This document shows, one piece after another, positions 24,514 to 37,417 of a stretch of 64,000 nucleotides of DNA (positions are counted from its first letter, which is position 1; every line of letters starts with the position of its first letter). This DNA comes from Raja brachyura (lineage: Eukaryota). The stretch spans positions 25,172,001-25,236,000 of the forward strand of contig OY740816.1 in NCBI GenBank assembly GCA_963514005.1, written 5' to 3'. A program made the translations under genes and the position numbers. A model generated the notes under the pieces. That model did not search any database. It was not told where the DNA came from and saw only the letters and a list, made by a program, of their open reading frames with translations.

Positions 24514-24650
24514 CCTTCTTCTTGCGTATGGCGTGCACAGCCTAAAGTTGTAAGACACCTTGTTCTGTTTGATCTTCTGTTTGTGCATGCCAGGTTGATT
24601 GCATTCGTTGAAACAAGGTGGACCACGTGAAGGTTGCAATCTCCCACCCC
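24514..24650 (-). mobile_element. HDV-ribozyme-headed short retroelement, copy 2 (best preserved)
   Basis: TSD tcttaggga(g/a)ct at 24502-24513 and 24651-24662; (GAA)n tail; 5' end GGGGTGG abuts the TSD. Confidence 0.9.
24597..24650 (-). ncRNA. Minimal HDV-like (CPEB3-type) self-cleaving ribozyme, 54 nt
   Basis: P1 GGGGUGG/CCACCUU (G1-U wobble), J1/2 GA, P2 GAUUGCA/UGCAAUC, P3 ACC/GGU, L3 UUCACGU, J1/4 GU, P4 reduced to UUCAA, J4/2 CGAA with the catalytic C. Confidence 0.85.
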
Positions 24651-25439
24651 TCTTAGGGAACTGATTCACTACAATGCTGAGTACTATATTCTATACTCTG
24701 TATCTTCCCTTTTATTCATCTATTGTACTTGAGTTTGAACTGACTGTATCTGCTGTATGCATGGTTTATCCGAACTGTTTGGATAGCATGCAAAACAGGC
24801 ATTTCACTGTACTGAAAGCTTAGCATGTGACAATAAGATATGGCAGCGTGATAAACTGCTGTTGCCCTCTCACATGGCCGTCACCCTAAATCTTCTACCA
24901 CCAACTTGTGCTAGATATAATTTTCAGTAATCAGTTAACCTACCAGCCAGCAAATCTTTGGGATCTAAGAAGAAACCCACGTAGCCACAGGAGATCATGC
25001 AGACTCCACACAAACAACATTGGAAGTCCTGATTAAACTTGGGTTGCTGGAGCTGCGAGGCATTAGCAATACCTGATGCACCAATGTGATGTGTTCCGTG
25101 GTGTAGTAACAAAGGAAGTGGACCAACATCAGACAAGAATGAAACGTTACACTGATGATGCACATGGTGCATCCATTCATAAGGACACATCCTGTACTTT
25201 GTAGTAACAGCTATACCAGGAGCCTAATGCATGTGGCTGATTTGATAAGGAAGGGTAGAGAACAGCATGCAGTCAGTTAAGTTAAATGGCTTCAGCATCA
25301 TGAACACAAATGGATGAACAACAAACATTAATGGAACAAAATGTTAGATTGCAGGTGTTTTGAAAGTTCACAACTATAGCTGACATCTGACCACTGGAAA
25401 ACTGCCCTCTTAGGATTCTTCAATCAGCTTGTCCTTGAT

Positions 25440-25540
25440 GATAGACACAAAGCGCTGGACTAACTCAGTGGGTCAGACAACATCTCTGGAGAAAAGGAGT
25501 AGGTGACATTTCGGGTCAAGACCCTTCTTAAGGCTGAGAG
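25440..25540 (-). mobile_element. Penelope pLTR fragment (mutated hammerhead)
   Basis: gatagacacaaagcgctggactaactcagtgggtcag...ggtgacatttcgggtcaagacccttctt. Confidence 0.75.
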
Positions 25541-28500
25541 CTGTGTTCTTGGTGGCTGCCTCTTGATAGTCAAGTGCATAATTGACCTACAGTCTGGGGG
25601 ACCAGGTATAACCCTTAGGACCCAGCAGTTTTAGAGGAGGCAAGGTCCTTTGTGTGTGAGGTTTTCGTGACATACTGTACCCTCTATGACCTTGCCAAGA
25701 ACAGCAAATAGATCTTGAAGATGACCAGCCCTTGATGGTGCTGCTGATGGCTTGGCCTACTGCTGTCTTAGGGTTATCAGAGCTTTGGAGGACTGGATCT
25801 GGTTCCTGGAAGCGGATGCCTGCTCTCTCAGCAATTGCTGTTGCCTGATTTGGAAGTGAGGCTCTACTCTTGCCCCTGAGAGAATGTAGATGTGTCTTCC
25901 TTTACGTACCTCTTCATCTCATGGGGTCAACCTGAGGCCTGGATAACTACTCCCACCATTTTGAGTGTTTACCCAAATGTTTTCAGATCGTGGCACTCAT
26001 GTGGCCCCTCCATCTAGACTTTCACTGTATCTCGGTACACAGGACGATAAACTCAATTCGAAGGGGTGCCCATTGTGGAGTCAGAGAAGGCGTGTAGGTG
26101 GAATGGGAAGGGAAGAAATGGTGTGAAATGCAAAGGAATGCTCTTTAAAGAACCCATTGCTGGCATCGCTGACAAGGTTTCTATCTCTTTACAGCAGGCC
26201 TATTTTCAGGGGTTCATAAATGTCAGAATTGCTACTAATATGTCCCATTCTCTCACATGCCTGAGAACTACAGTGTAAGTGCTTTCAGTACACTGCTGTG
26301 TTGGGGTAATTTTGGAAAATAATGACCTCTGCATATTTAAAAAGGTACAGTTTGCTAAATGTGTCAGAGAAATGGCCTTGTTCTGAAGCTTGTGTCCTCG
26401 GAATGGCTGCCACCACTGGACATGTCTGGCAGGGTGAAAGGTTTTCAGAGAAACCTTGGCTCTTGAAGATGAAGATGACGAGCTTTGATCACAGATCTGT
26501 GATCTTGCATTGCTTAAGTGTTCTCAATGAAGAAGCCATATGCAGCCTGATTACTGTATGACAATCAAATCTGCTAAAAATGTTTCTGTTGGATTATATG
26601 TATATATTGGTGTGCTGATGTCCCCTTGACATGGTGTGTTGGGTTGTTATGGATGCACTGATAAGTGTACTTGCTGCAATGCAGAAACCTTTATGGCTCT
26701 TTGGAATGCATGTCCAAGTGCAACTTCATGATATATGTGCTACAGGCTATTGATTGCACCTGGCTAGCTTACTGATGTGTGAAAGATTCATTAATTGAGC
26801 TTAATTGGAAATGAGCCCTCCAGGTTGTTGTTGTGGTCCATGCTTTCCGGTAGGGGGCCTATACTGATGAGTGAGATGGTCCTAAGATATATTTCGATCT
26901 CTCCCAACAATCTTAGACAAACTCATCTGCTCTAGCACCCCGGGCATGCCTGCCCATGTCTCTGTCATCAGCCCCTAATGCATGTGCTGGAACCTGCTGA
27001 CTCCACATCTTTATTTAGCTGCAGCTGAGCTCCCTCCAGCACAGATTGCTGTGGTAACTATGGTGGTTGCTGACCTTAGGCCTTCTACGGCCAAAGAGAG
27101 GAGTGAGTTGGGCAGTGTGTCAAGGCGTGGAGCAGGTACTGCCAGTTCCCTGCAGTGGCCTGTACTCACCGTACTGGCCAAGGTGCAACTGTGAGCCCTC
27201 ATCGCACGCCCTGGCCCACCTCATACTGTATTGGGCCGTGGATGATTTACCGTTGCCAGAGCCCAAGTGGGTGGCAAAGATTTGTGCCAGGTTCCTAGCA
27301 CAATAATGCATAGCAGTAGAGAGAACAAGGGTGCGTGCCAGATTTTCAGCAGAGCCAGAGAGGTACAGTGAGTATTCGGACTGGAATACCAGTTATTATA
27401 CGGATTGGAAAATGAAGGGAGCTACAACGAATCGGCCCTCTGCAGGATAGCATTAAGCTGGGTCTGCGTGTAATGAAGAAATCCTGTAAAGGTTCACCTT
27501 TATCATCTGTTAGATCACACTTTGTCAGCAGTTGTCACCAATACGGGCATTGTTGCTCCTGCGAAATGTCGTTGGCTGTCTCCTGCAGGTTGGCCTGGAA
27601 CAGAGGTCATCCATCCAGTGGGTAATATGATCCATCAGCCTCTCAAGATCTGTGTCAGTAAACCTGAGACCATGCCTTCAGGAATAGACTGCTGCAACCA
27701 TCTACATGTAAACACCGTTGGTCAGCAACAGGAAGTGCATTGCTGCTGTTGTGTGCCTGTGTCTTTAAGGACTTGTGGATTTGTTCACAGCTGCAAGAAA
27801 TGGAATTAAAGCTTTTGAGTAATATCCACTATGCTGTTACACAAGGAAGTCTGACAGCATCATTATTTAAATGGGAATGTGGAACATTAGCAATCTTTCT
27901 CTTTTAAGAGCTTTTTAAACGTGGAACGCACAAGTCAACTTTAAGTGTGAATAAGCAGCTCGGACAAACTTATGGACCAGTATCTTAAGACACCAATTTT
28001 TTTGTTCTATTGTTGGATGCGGTCTTAACTTTGAAGATTTCAAGTACTTCTGCTTCTATTTCTGACTAAGCAACATATGGAGGATTCTGCTTTTGGTTCC
28101 TCCTTTGACCAAATTTGAATTTGTCATGAACTTCTTCCCTTGCCTTGTATGAGATGGAATAATTTGGTGACTACATTGATGTGTTTTTCCAGGAGAAAGC
28201 AGAACTCAGAAGAGATTTCTCTATGAAGACAAAATTGGACACATACAGGAATTCTTGCATACCTTTGCAGTCCTGTGTAGGTCAAACACATTCCTGGTTT
28301 CATTTCAAGTATGACAGGTGTGTTGCCTTTTTTATACATAGATACATAGACGATAGGTGCAGGAGTAGCAGCTTCGAGCAAGCACTGCCATTCAATATTA
28401 TCATGGCTGATCATCCACAATCAGTACCCATGTCTTCCATGTCTAGCTGACACAACAGTACTAACAGTTTGTTTTGCTTGCAGAGCACATTTTTTAATTT

Positions 28501-31500
28501 AGTGAGCCATCCCATGGAGGAATTATTAAACAAAGGCTCATATACACCAACCTAGAGATTTTTAGACGTATATATTAACGGATGATGGGCTGGAGTGGTT
28601 TATGGAGGAAATCACAGATTTTATTGCCTTGGAAGTTGAAGACATGCGCTCCCGTGATCGGGTAATGGAAATAGGCATTGTACAAAAGGCCAGAAGTCGA
28701 GGAACTCCAGAGGGCACTAACATGAAGCAACTATTTACACCAATTCTACATTAATCCCATTTTATATTTTCCCCACATTCCCATCAACTCCTCCAAGATT
28801 TGCCACTTGACCACTTACTGGAAGCAGTTTACATTTTTCTAGCAACCCACCAGCTAGGTCTACCAGGTATGACAGAATAATAATATTAAGGAATAAGAGG
28901 GCCATAAAAAGATTTTGAGAGTAAAATAGAGTCATACAGCATGGAAACAGGCCCTTGGCACAACTTGCCCATGCTGACTAAGATGTCTCACACCTACATT
29001 AGTCCCACCTACTTGCATTTGGCCCATATCCCTTTCCTATCTATGTACCCATCCAAATGTCTTTTAAGTGTTGTTATAGCAAAATGAGAATTAAAATAAT
29101 TGAGAATGATGTTGGCATAGGTGTCAATGCAGGTCAGTACGGATAACTCAAGTGGGTCAGTGGGTGATGTGTGAATATAATTTGCTTTCAGTTAAAATTG
29201 GCCAGGAGAGTTATGGATGTGTTCAAGTGTATGGATGGCAGAGTAAAACTGAAAACTTCCTTCCTCTGTAATACCTCATCTCCCCACAGAATCTTCTGTG
29301 TTTGAGTAAGACCATTCTCTCACCCTTCAAATCCCCAATGAACACAGGCCCAACCAGCTTGCCTGTGAGGTGACCCTGTCTGGTGAGCCTTTCCACTCCG
29401 CCTCTGACACGGTACATCCCTTAATTTTATGGCAGAATCATCGAGTCTTTTGATGCTTTTTCTCCTCCATGGCCCTTTTTTAGGAACATTGCTGGATTGT
29501 TAATGTAGCCAATCTCCAATACTATAATAGTGCTTAGAAAAATTTCAACAACCAATTTTTGAGTCAAAATAACCAATGCAATGTGTGGGAGGCCAGTGAG
29601 GAGCAAATTCTGATCCTTATTTCAATTCCAAAGTCACCATGAGGAATGGATTGTGATCATTATTTTTTTCATTTACTGCCATGTGTTCTCATTAAATGAA
29701 GTTGAAACAATATTCAGCGTGAATTGACAGCTCATATTCTTGCAGCTCTTAGCTGACAATTTTTTTAAAAGTTCCACATTAGATGGCGATAATTTTTTAT
29801 TTCTCTATCTGTTTCTAAACATGTTTCTGAAATTCAAACCCTTGCATAAATTCTTTGTCGATAGAACACAATCAGTAGGAATTAGTAGCAACACTTCCTC
29901 ATCGATAACAATCATCGCAAGGGACATCTCAAGGCCACGTGCTCAGTCCCCTGCTCTACTAATCCTATAGCCATCAGTTTAGTTTGGTTTAGTTTATTGT
30001 CATGTGTACCGAGGTACAGCAAAACTTTTTGTTGCGTGCTGACCAGCCAGCGGAAAGACAATACATGATTACATTCGAGCCATCCACCCTTGATTTTGTA
30101 CCCGGTCACAGCTCCAACTCCATCTTTAAATTCACTGAAAACTGTAATGTCCGGGTTCAGCAACAGCTTCTTCCCAACAACCATGCAGCAATTGAACACT
30201 ACAAACTCCAACTAAACATCTGAACTACAATCTGCTTTGGTTGCATTAGGAACTTTGTCTTGTTTTTGCACTATAATGGGTTTTTAAATGTATTGATTTT
30301 TTGATTGTCTTCATTATATTTATTAACCTTATTCTATCAATTGAGTATTGTGTTTATAAACCCATTGTGCTGCTGCAAGTAAGAGTTTCATTGGTCCGCT
30401 TTGGTACACATGACAATAAAATATTTGATTCTCTTTTGGATGGGATAAACATATTTATAATTACCCTGATGAGGAAAACTAAGAAATGGCTCTTTGTTAA
30501 TTTTGGATAATTCCTTTCCAACATTCTATTTCCTGTGAATAATATGAACACTTTCTCGGTGGGATTTTTTAAAAGTACTAGTACTGAAAGTTGGCAATAG
30601 CAAAAAATATGAACTCATGGAACTTCTAATCTTTTTAATTGTCCTTTTTTTTCAAGAAAATATTTACTTTAAAAAAAAAAGTATTAAAAAAATAAGGGTG
30701 GAATAACTCCACAGCAGTTGGTGCTGCTGCCTCTCAGCTCCAGAGGGCCACATTCATTCCTGATATCTGCTGCTGTTTCTGTGGAGTTTGCACTTTCCCC
30801 CTGTGACTGTATATGTTTCCAACTGGTTTTATTTTGCATCCCAAGGATATGTAGAAGGTTAACTGCTTGTTGTAAACCCCCCTTTTTGTAGCAAAGTGGT
30901 AAATGAATCAAAGCGCTGATGTGCATAAGTGAGAGAGAATAATTTGTGGAGTGACCAATTCTGTTGTGTTGCTGCAAGTAACAATTTAATTGTTGTGTCT
31001 GGGACACATGACAATAAAACACTCTTGACTCTCCTGACTTGGATATAAGCGGGAAATGGGACCATCGGGGAAGCCAGCAAGGACCACATCGAGAAATGTC
31101 ATTTTCCTGTCATAATAACTGAGAATGAAAGATACAGGGTGCTTTGGGCAACTAAATTAGATTTCAAATATCTGACTCCTTGCAGCAACAAAAAAATAAC
31201 AGCTAGACTAAATTGACGGGCCAGGTAGCAGCCTTGGAAGGAAATGGACAGTCAATGTTTCAGATGGAGATCCTTCCTCTGGGTGCAGTCTCTTTTGTCT
31301 CTAAGTGATTGTCTTTATAATTTTTCCCCAGTTATTTCTTTCTCCCTTATTGTGAGAAATATTCATGTTACTGGCACTTTGGGCTGCAGGGCCAGTTCCT
31401 GTGCTGAGCTGTCCTACGTTGGCCCTTATTTGCTGTGAATGTGTTTCTTTTTAAGTGAACACCATCTTTTCTCACCATCTCTAAAATGCCATGATTGCAG

Positions 31501-33285
31501 ACAGATATAAATGGAGGTGCCTGTGTTCCTTAGCAGTCTCAGCATTTATGCTAAAAAATAATCACATGACTGCATGCATTATCTGTTAAGATATTCCTAC
31601 AGCAATTCTTTAAACCTGTGACCTCCACACCAAGGAGGGACAAGGGCAGCAGATGCATGGGAACACCACCACCGGCTGGCAGGTTGCACACCATCCTGGC
31701 CTGGAATTGTAAACATTTTTTATTGATGCTGGGTCTACATCCTGAAACTCTGCCCAACAACTCCCCAATCACCCCCTGGGAGCAGCTTCACCTGCAGGAT
31801 GGTAGCTGTCCAAGAAGGCAGCCAACCACCATCCTTGTAAATACCATTAAGGATTGGTAATCACTGCATACCTTGACCAGATTATGAAAAATGAATAAAC
31901 AAGATGTCCTGCCACTCCTCTCTTCCAGTTTTCTTTCCTTCCGCCCACCCCTTCCCCCCAACTGCACTGCACCATCAGTCTGCAGAAGGGTCCCAACATG
32001 CAACGTCCTTTATCCATGTTCTCCAGAAATGCTTGTTGACCCGTGGATTACTCCAACACGTTGTGTCTTTTTCTTTCCAATCGAAAAGTTGTGTTCCAAA
32101 ATATTGGGGATGAACACAAATAAAATGTAGTAAATTATTATTTTCCCCTGCATTCTGTTTGTGTTTCTGCTCTGCTTGTTTTCCCTTGCTCCACTTTATG
32201 ATAAGACTTGTTACTAATCCTTATCCCCCTCTACATCCCCTCCCTGGTATGGTTTACTCTCAATTGTTGTCCTCCATTGGGGTTAGAAGGCCTGTGTTCA
32301 TGTAGAACAAAGGGCCGGTAATCCACACAAAAAAAAGATTGTGTCTAGTGCTTACAACACTACAACTACACTGCCCATCCAAAATAGATTCCTTTGTGCA
32401 AAATTAGAAATTAGTCATCCTCATTATCATTGCTTTTATGAATTTTATTTCTACCTATGAGTGATGATAAGTGGCTCTTGTTCTTGTGACTGCTAGTTCA
32501 TTACATATGTCAGAAAAGTAGCAAATAATCTCAAAATGGTCTTGTTTCATGATGGAATTCAACAGCTGCTAGTACTGAGAAAGTTGGTCTCGTCATTGTT
32601 TGCTTGTTTTCAGCGATACAAGCTCCCAAATATTTTCCTCTGCCTTCTTGCCAGTTTACTATACTGCACTGCCACTTAACCTTTTGGGTTATTGAACTGA
32701 AGTACTGATTGTGGTGGGTGTTTGGAGAGGGGAGGAATTGTTGGCGGCAATTGATACTTAAACGTATGAATAAATATGTTTGAAAGGTGTGTACCAAATG
32801 TGATTGACATGTTTGGTAATCTCTGCAAAGTGTGCCTTCCGACTCGTATTACAAGCTTTGCTGTCTGCAGCCTCACAGTTGCTTTGGTAAGCGCGCAAAG
32901 CATGTGGTAGAAGCATTGCTCTGAACATGTTCTGCCTGAATTTCCAAAGGTTTACTGTGAATAATTTGCCTAAATCTATCACATCGTTGGCCTGAAGCCA
33001 GAAGAAAGTTTTTTTTTGTTCTTGCTGTCTTTAAGTAACCAGCTGGAAGCAGTATGTATCAGTATCAGGGCTGCTGTGGGCTGCTGCTCTTTAATGTGTA
33101 TGATCAGGAAGGTGTGTGGTTTACTGCAGACTGCTTGGCCAGCCTGTGCGTTAGTTGCATTTGCTGAGTGAAGCCAGGATGTTGGTTGAGTCTTGCTGTT
33201 AAAATTAGCTCCTTTTCTCTCTGCTGTGAATGTTGATGACACGAGGAAAAGCAAGAAGAATCTTACGGATCTGTTTTTTAAAATC

Positions 33286-33490
33286 ATGAATCAATGTTCA
33301 GAGGTGACTTGTCAACGAGCTGCTGATCGCAAAGGGTCAAAAATGTCCTCTGCTTTTCAAAAACTTGAGAACTTGGCCATAAGGCTCTTTAACAGGAGTA
33401 CAAGGGGGTCTTCACAGGACTTTGAGACGACAGGTTCCGAAAGTGACACCAGGCAGGAATCAGAACACTGCTCAGCCTGGAACTTGCACA
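33286..33490 (+). CDS. prkaca: Alternative long first exon of PKA catalytic subunit (Cbeta2/CalphaL type)
   Basis: MNQCSEVTCQRAADRKGSKMSSAFQKLENLAIRLFNRSTRGSSQD...ESEHCSAWNLH aligns with the recalled human Cbeta2 N-terminus (TALQKLEGFASRLFHRHSKGTAHD...SEHTALWDRS-M); 205 nt, phase 1, donor A|GTGAGT, terminal A plus TG gives Met as in Cbeta2. Start could be the second ATG (MSSAF). Confidence 0.85.
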
Positions 33491-34349
33491 GTGAGTGTCT
33501 CTATATTAAAAGCTTTCCTTTTTTTTGTGTTCAGTTTAATATTTGATTGAATTCCCAGGCTACTGTTAATTAAATGCTTAAATTGGTATCATTTTGTAAT
33601 TGTCGTGCATTTGAATATTTGCTCATAGCTGGAGGGGTTGGGCTGCAATGAAATGACTGAATTAGGAACATGGTGAAAAAGCTGTTTGCTTAATTTAATA
33701 TATGCTTTGCTTTGATAGAAAGCTCAAGCATCGTTGCGCTTCATGTCCAAGTGCAGGTGCTGCAGCTGTTTGTGCAGAGAATCCGACCGGTTTATCACTG
33801 GGCATGTTCTCATTTGAATATGTGTTAGAACTGAGCCGCGCTGGGTAGCATTTATATTTCAGCCCTGTCAATGAAAAGGCCATGTTGAATTTAATGCAGC
33901 AGTACGTTTCCCAGGTTACTCTGCTGCTCCCTGTAAGTAAAGCCAAATGCAAATAAATTGTCATCTTGGTTTCATTTTACAATGCATTAGAATGCGATAA
34001 CGCATTTTGGTCTTTTGTCCCTTGGCGCCGGGTTTTAATTCATCGCAAATAATGGTGTGCAAGTCCCTGTGCTTGCTATGACCAAGGCTCCTATAAATTT
34101 ACTTTGTGCAATATCAAACTAGTTTATCTTGCCATTTGGCTCCAAGCACAGAACTGTTTCTGGGGAAATAGGTGGTGTTCCTCTGTGGTTATGATAGAGG
34201 AGTGGGTGCTTTACTCTCCCTGAATATTCCTTTGACCTTGGCAATATTTGATGCTGTCATTGATTATCTGCATTGAAACTCATAGAATCGCCCAGAAAAA
34301 AACAAGGCCATTTGATCTATTCGGTTTATGTTATCTCTTTTACCATATG

Positions 34350-34800
34350 GATGGCGTAGTGGTGCAGCTGATAAAGCTACTGCCTCACAGAGCCAGGGAT
34401 CCTGCTTCAAACCCGACATCGGGTGCTGTCTTTCTGGAGTTTGTACGTTCTCCCAGTGACCACATGCATTTTCTACAGGTGCTCCGGTTTTCTCCCGCAT
34501 CCCAAAAGTTGTACAGGTTGTAGGCTAATTAGCCTCTGTAAAATTGTCCCAAGTGTGTAGGGAACGGAGGAGAAAATGGGATAACATAGAAACATAGAAA
34601 ATAGGTGCGTGATGTTTTTCTCATCTCGGTCCTAAAAGAGTTCCCCATTATCCTTAAACTGTGACCCCTTGTTCTGGACTTCCCCAACATTCGGGACCAA
34701 TCTTCCTGTATCTAGCCTGACATAAAATTGGCGTGAATAGGTAATTGATGATCGGTGTGGACTCGGTGGGCCTCAGGGTCTATTTCCATGCTGTATCTTT
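34350..34800 (+). mobile_element. HE1-like SINE with nested minus-strand CR1 3' piece (~34585-34720)
   Basis: tRNA-like head ggcgtagtggtgcagc..tgcctcacagagccagggatcc; body as in other copies; CR1 tail catagaaacatagaaaatagg. Confidence 0.75.
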
Positions 34801-37293
34801 CTATCTATCAATCATTGAATGATTTCACTGACAATTGTATATCCAGTTTATTTTTCAGAATTTACTAAACAATCTGTTTGCTCCATCCTTTCTCAAAATG
34901 CATTTTAAATCATAACAAGCCATATTATTTAAAATAAAAAGTCGTAGAGCTATGCAACATGGAAACAGGCCCTTTGGCCCAACTTGTCAAAACTGACCAA
35001 GTTGTAATTCAGAGCTGATCACATTTACCTGTATTTGGACCATATCCTCTAAACCTTTTCAATCCATATCTGTCCAAATGTCTTTGCAAGTTGCAATTGT
35101 ATTTGCTTAATTGGCGGTTGCCCCTGAAGGCCCCCTGAAATTAACTACCTTGCAGTGAAATTCTTTCCTTACAACTCCTTCAAAACCTGTCCATAGCTTA
35201 ATCAATTTGTTCAGCACCTTCAAATATTTTTGCATATTTCTCCTCTTCCCCATCCTATGTCTCTTTGCTCTTGCAAAATCCTTTTCATAATTCTCATGGG
35301 TGACACAGTGGCGCAGCTAACAGCGCTGCTGACTCAGTACCTTTGCTCACAGCTCCAGTGATCTGGATTCAACTCTGACCTCCTGTGCTGTTTGCGTGAA
35401 GTTTGCATGCGACAATGTTGTGGCAGAACCTGGGGAAAGGGGGGGTAAAATGAACATGTATGGAGGATAACATGGGGGTGGAAGGAGGATAAAATAGGCT
35501 TTATGTAGGATTAGTGTAGATGATTGCTTGATGGTTGACACATACTCAGTGGGCCAAAATGCGTTTCCATACTGTATGGCATAGTGCTTCCTCCCAAATG
35601 CATCACCGTGCTTCATTGTGTTAAGTAACTAATGTCAAATCCCCCACATTTCACTTGTGAAATCTATAATTCTTCACTGATGAATACATTTGCAAGTTTT
35701 TTCTGTTATCTTCAGAAATTATGCCTTGTATGAACAGGTTCAAATGTAGAGGGGGACATGATCGTGAACTTTTCTTATCACACACAGCTTCTGTGCGCTG
35801 CTGATTGCTTGTCAGTGTTTGACCTTGACATTCTTTCACACAAGCCAAACAAGAAATGTGTCGTTGAGTGAAAATTGGCTAAAGCTGGAGTAGAGAAAAG
35901 TTATGCTCACTCTGAGGTGTCCTACACCCATGGGGAAATTCAACTCCGGCCATGTTCAAGGGATTTTCTTTTCCAAAAGAACTTCCCCAATTAACATCAA
36001 TAGCATTGCAGCATACAACGTTTGTCTCCAGCATAATGTTTGAGCTAATCTAGTTTATTTGCCTTTCTCTTCTCCCTCTTGACAGTACTCTAGTTAGTAC
36101 TCAAACCGCAATCTTTGTTGTCACTGAGATTGGTTTGTGCTGCAATCTCAAACCTAGGTTCCATATGCCTGAGCTGCTTTGCCCATGGATATCAAGGCGA
36201 CCCCTGTTTCTTTGTTCAGCTTCGTTTAGAGATACAGCGCGGAAACAGGTCCTTAGGCGCACCAAGTCCACACCGACCAGCAATCCCTACACATTAACAC
36301 TATCCTACACACACTAGGGACAATTTACATTTATACCAAGCCAAATAACCTGCAGACCTGTACGCCTTTGGTGTTAGGATTATTCAAGGTGTCTAATGGT
36401 GTTCCTTTCCACATCTTGGCATTCACTGTTCACTGCTCCATTAAAGAGGTCACCCAAGACTTAAACTCAAGAAGAGACTTATTTTGTAAGCTGAAGGGAA
36501 AGAGATGCTGACAGAGGGGCCAGTTTGGGTATTAATGACCACACTCCAGTCACATTGGTCTTTACAGATATCTTTCAGCTACTCCTGCCAGGGATGCCTG
36601 ACTGTAGATCTGGAGTCTCTCTGGTTGCTGGCAGAAAGACTATTTCCTGCTGACACAGTTCTTCAACAGCTGAGCCTCCGGATCCCCTAGTGGCCCATTC
36701 TCTCTCTCCCCAACCACTCCCTTTTAGCTGGAGATTTTTGCTGATGTTATTATATTTTGACTCCTTCGAGCGGGTTGCTGAGATTGCACCTGCATGGCTA
36801 AATGCTGTAATCTGCAAAAACTTGTAAAAGATCAATAGGGTACACTGCTCTGAAACTTACACAGTGCTGCATTACACAAGGAAACCTACAACCTTACTGC
36901 ACTTTAAATCTCACAATTGAAAATCTCTAACTATATTCAACTTTCACAAACAGCATTAAGATAGCCCACAACACAGTTTTAGTGCTAATAGAAGGTAATA
37001 AAGAATGCATTTTGAGCTTTTGTATTCTTGGCTTTTTGATTCCATGGACTTAATTAGCTTATACCTTTCATACAACATATACATCAAATAATTGTTGATG
37101 GCTTTGGTATGTTTAACTGGTGAGTTGCTGGCTTAGCCAATGTATTACGATTCTCGCAAACGACTTTTGTACAGTGCAGTGTTGATTGATCACAATTGTA
37201 CCAACAGTGGAGAGCACCCACGGGCACCCTGTGGGATTTCCGGGACCGTTGGGCACCGAGGTGGGTTGAATGTATTCGGGACAAGGAGTGTAA

Positions 37294-37417
37294 CAACAGG
37301 GATTTTGGCCCGAAACGTTGCCCATTTCCTTCGCTCCATAGATGCTGCCTCATCCATTGATTTTCCCCAGCATTTTTGTTTACCTTCGATTTTCCCGTAT
37401 CTGCAGTTCCTTCTTAA
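37294..37417 (+). mobile_element. TSD-flanked solo pLTR fragment
   Basis: Perfect 13-bp TSD acaaggagtgtaa at 37281-37293 and 37418-37430; contains ggcccgaaacgttgcc (3' half of the hammerhead). Confidence 0.8.

Noticed and set aside
26735-26770. QAIDCTW resembling the Harbinger transposase GAIDCTH motif
   Set aside because: Single short match with no supporting frame or TIRs; region 25550-27500 may be an old TE but cannot be assigned.
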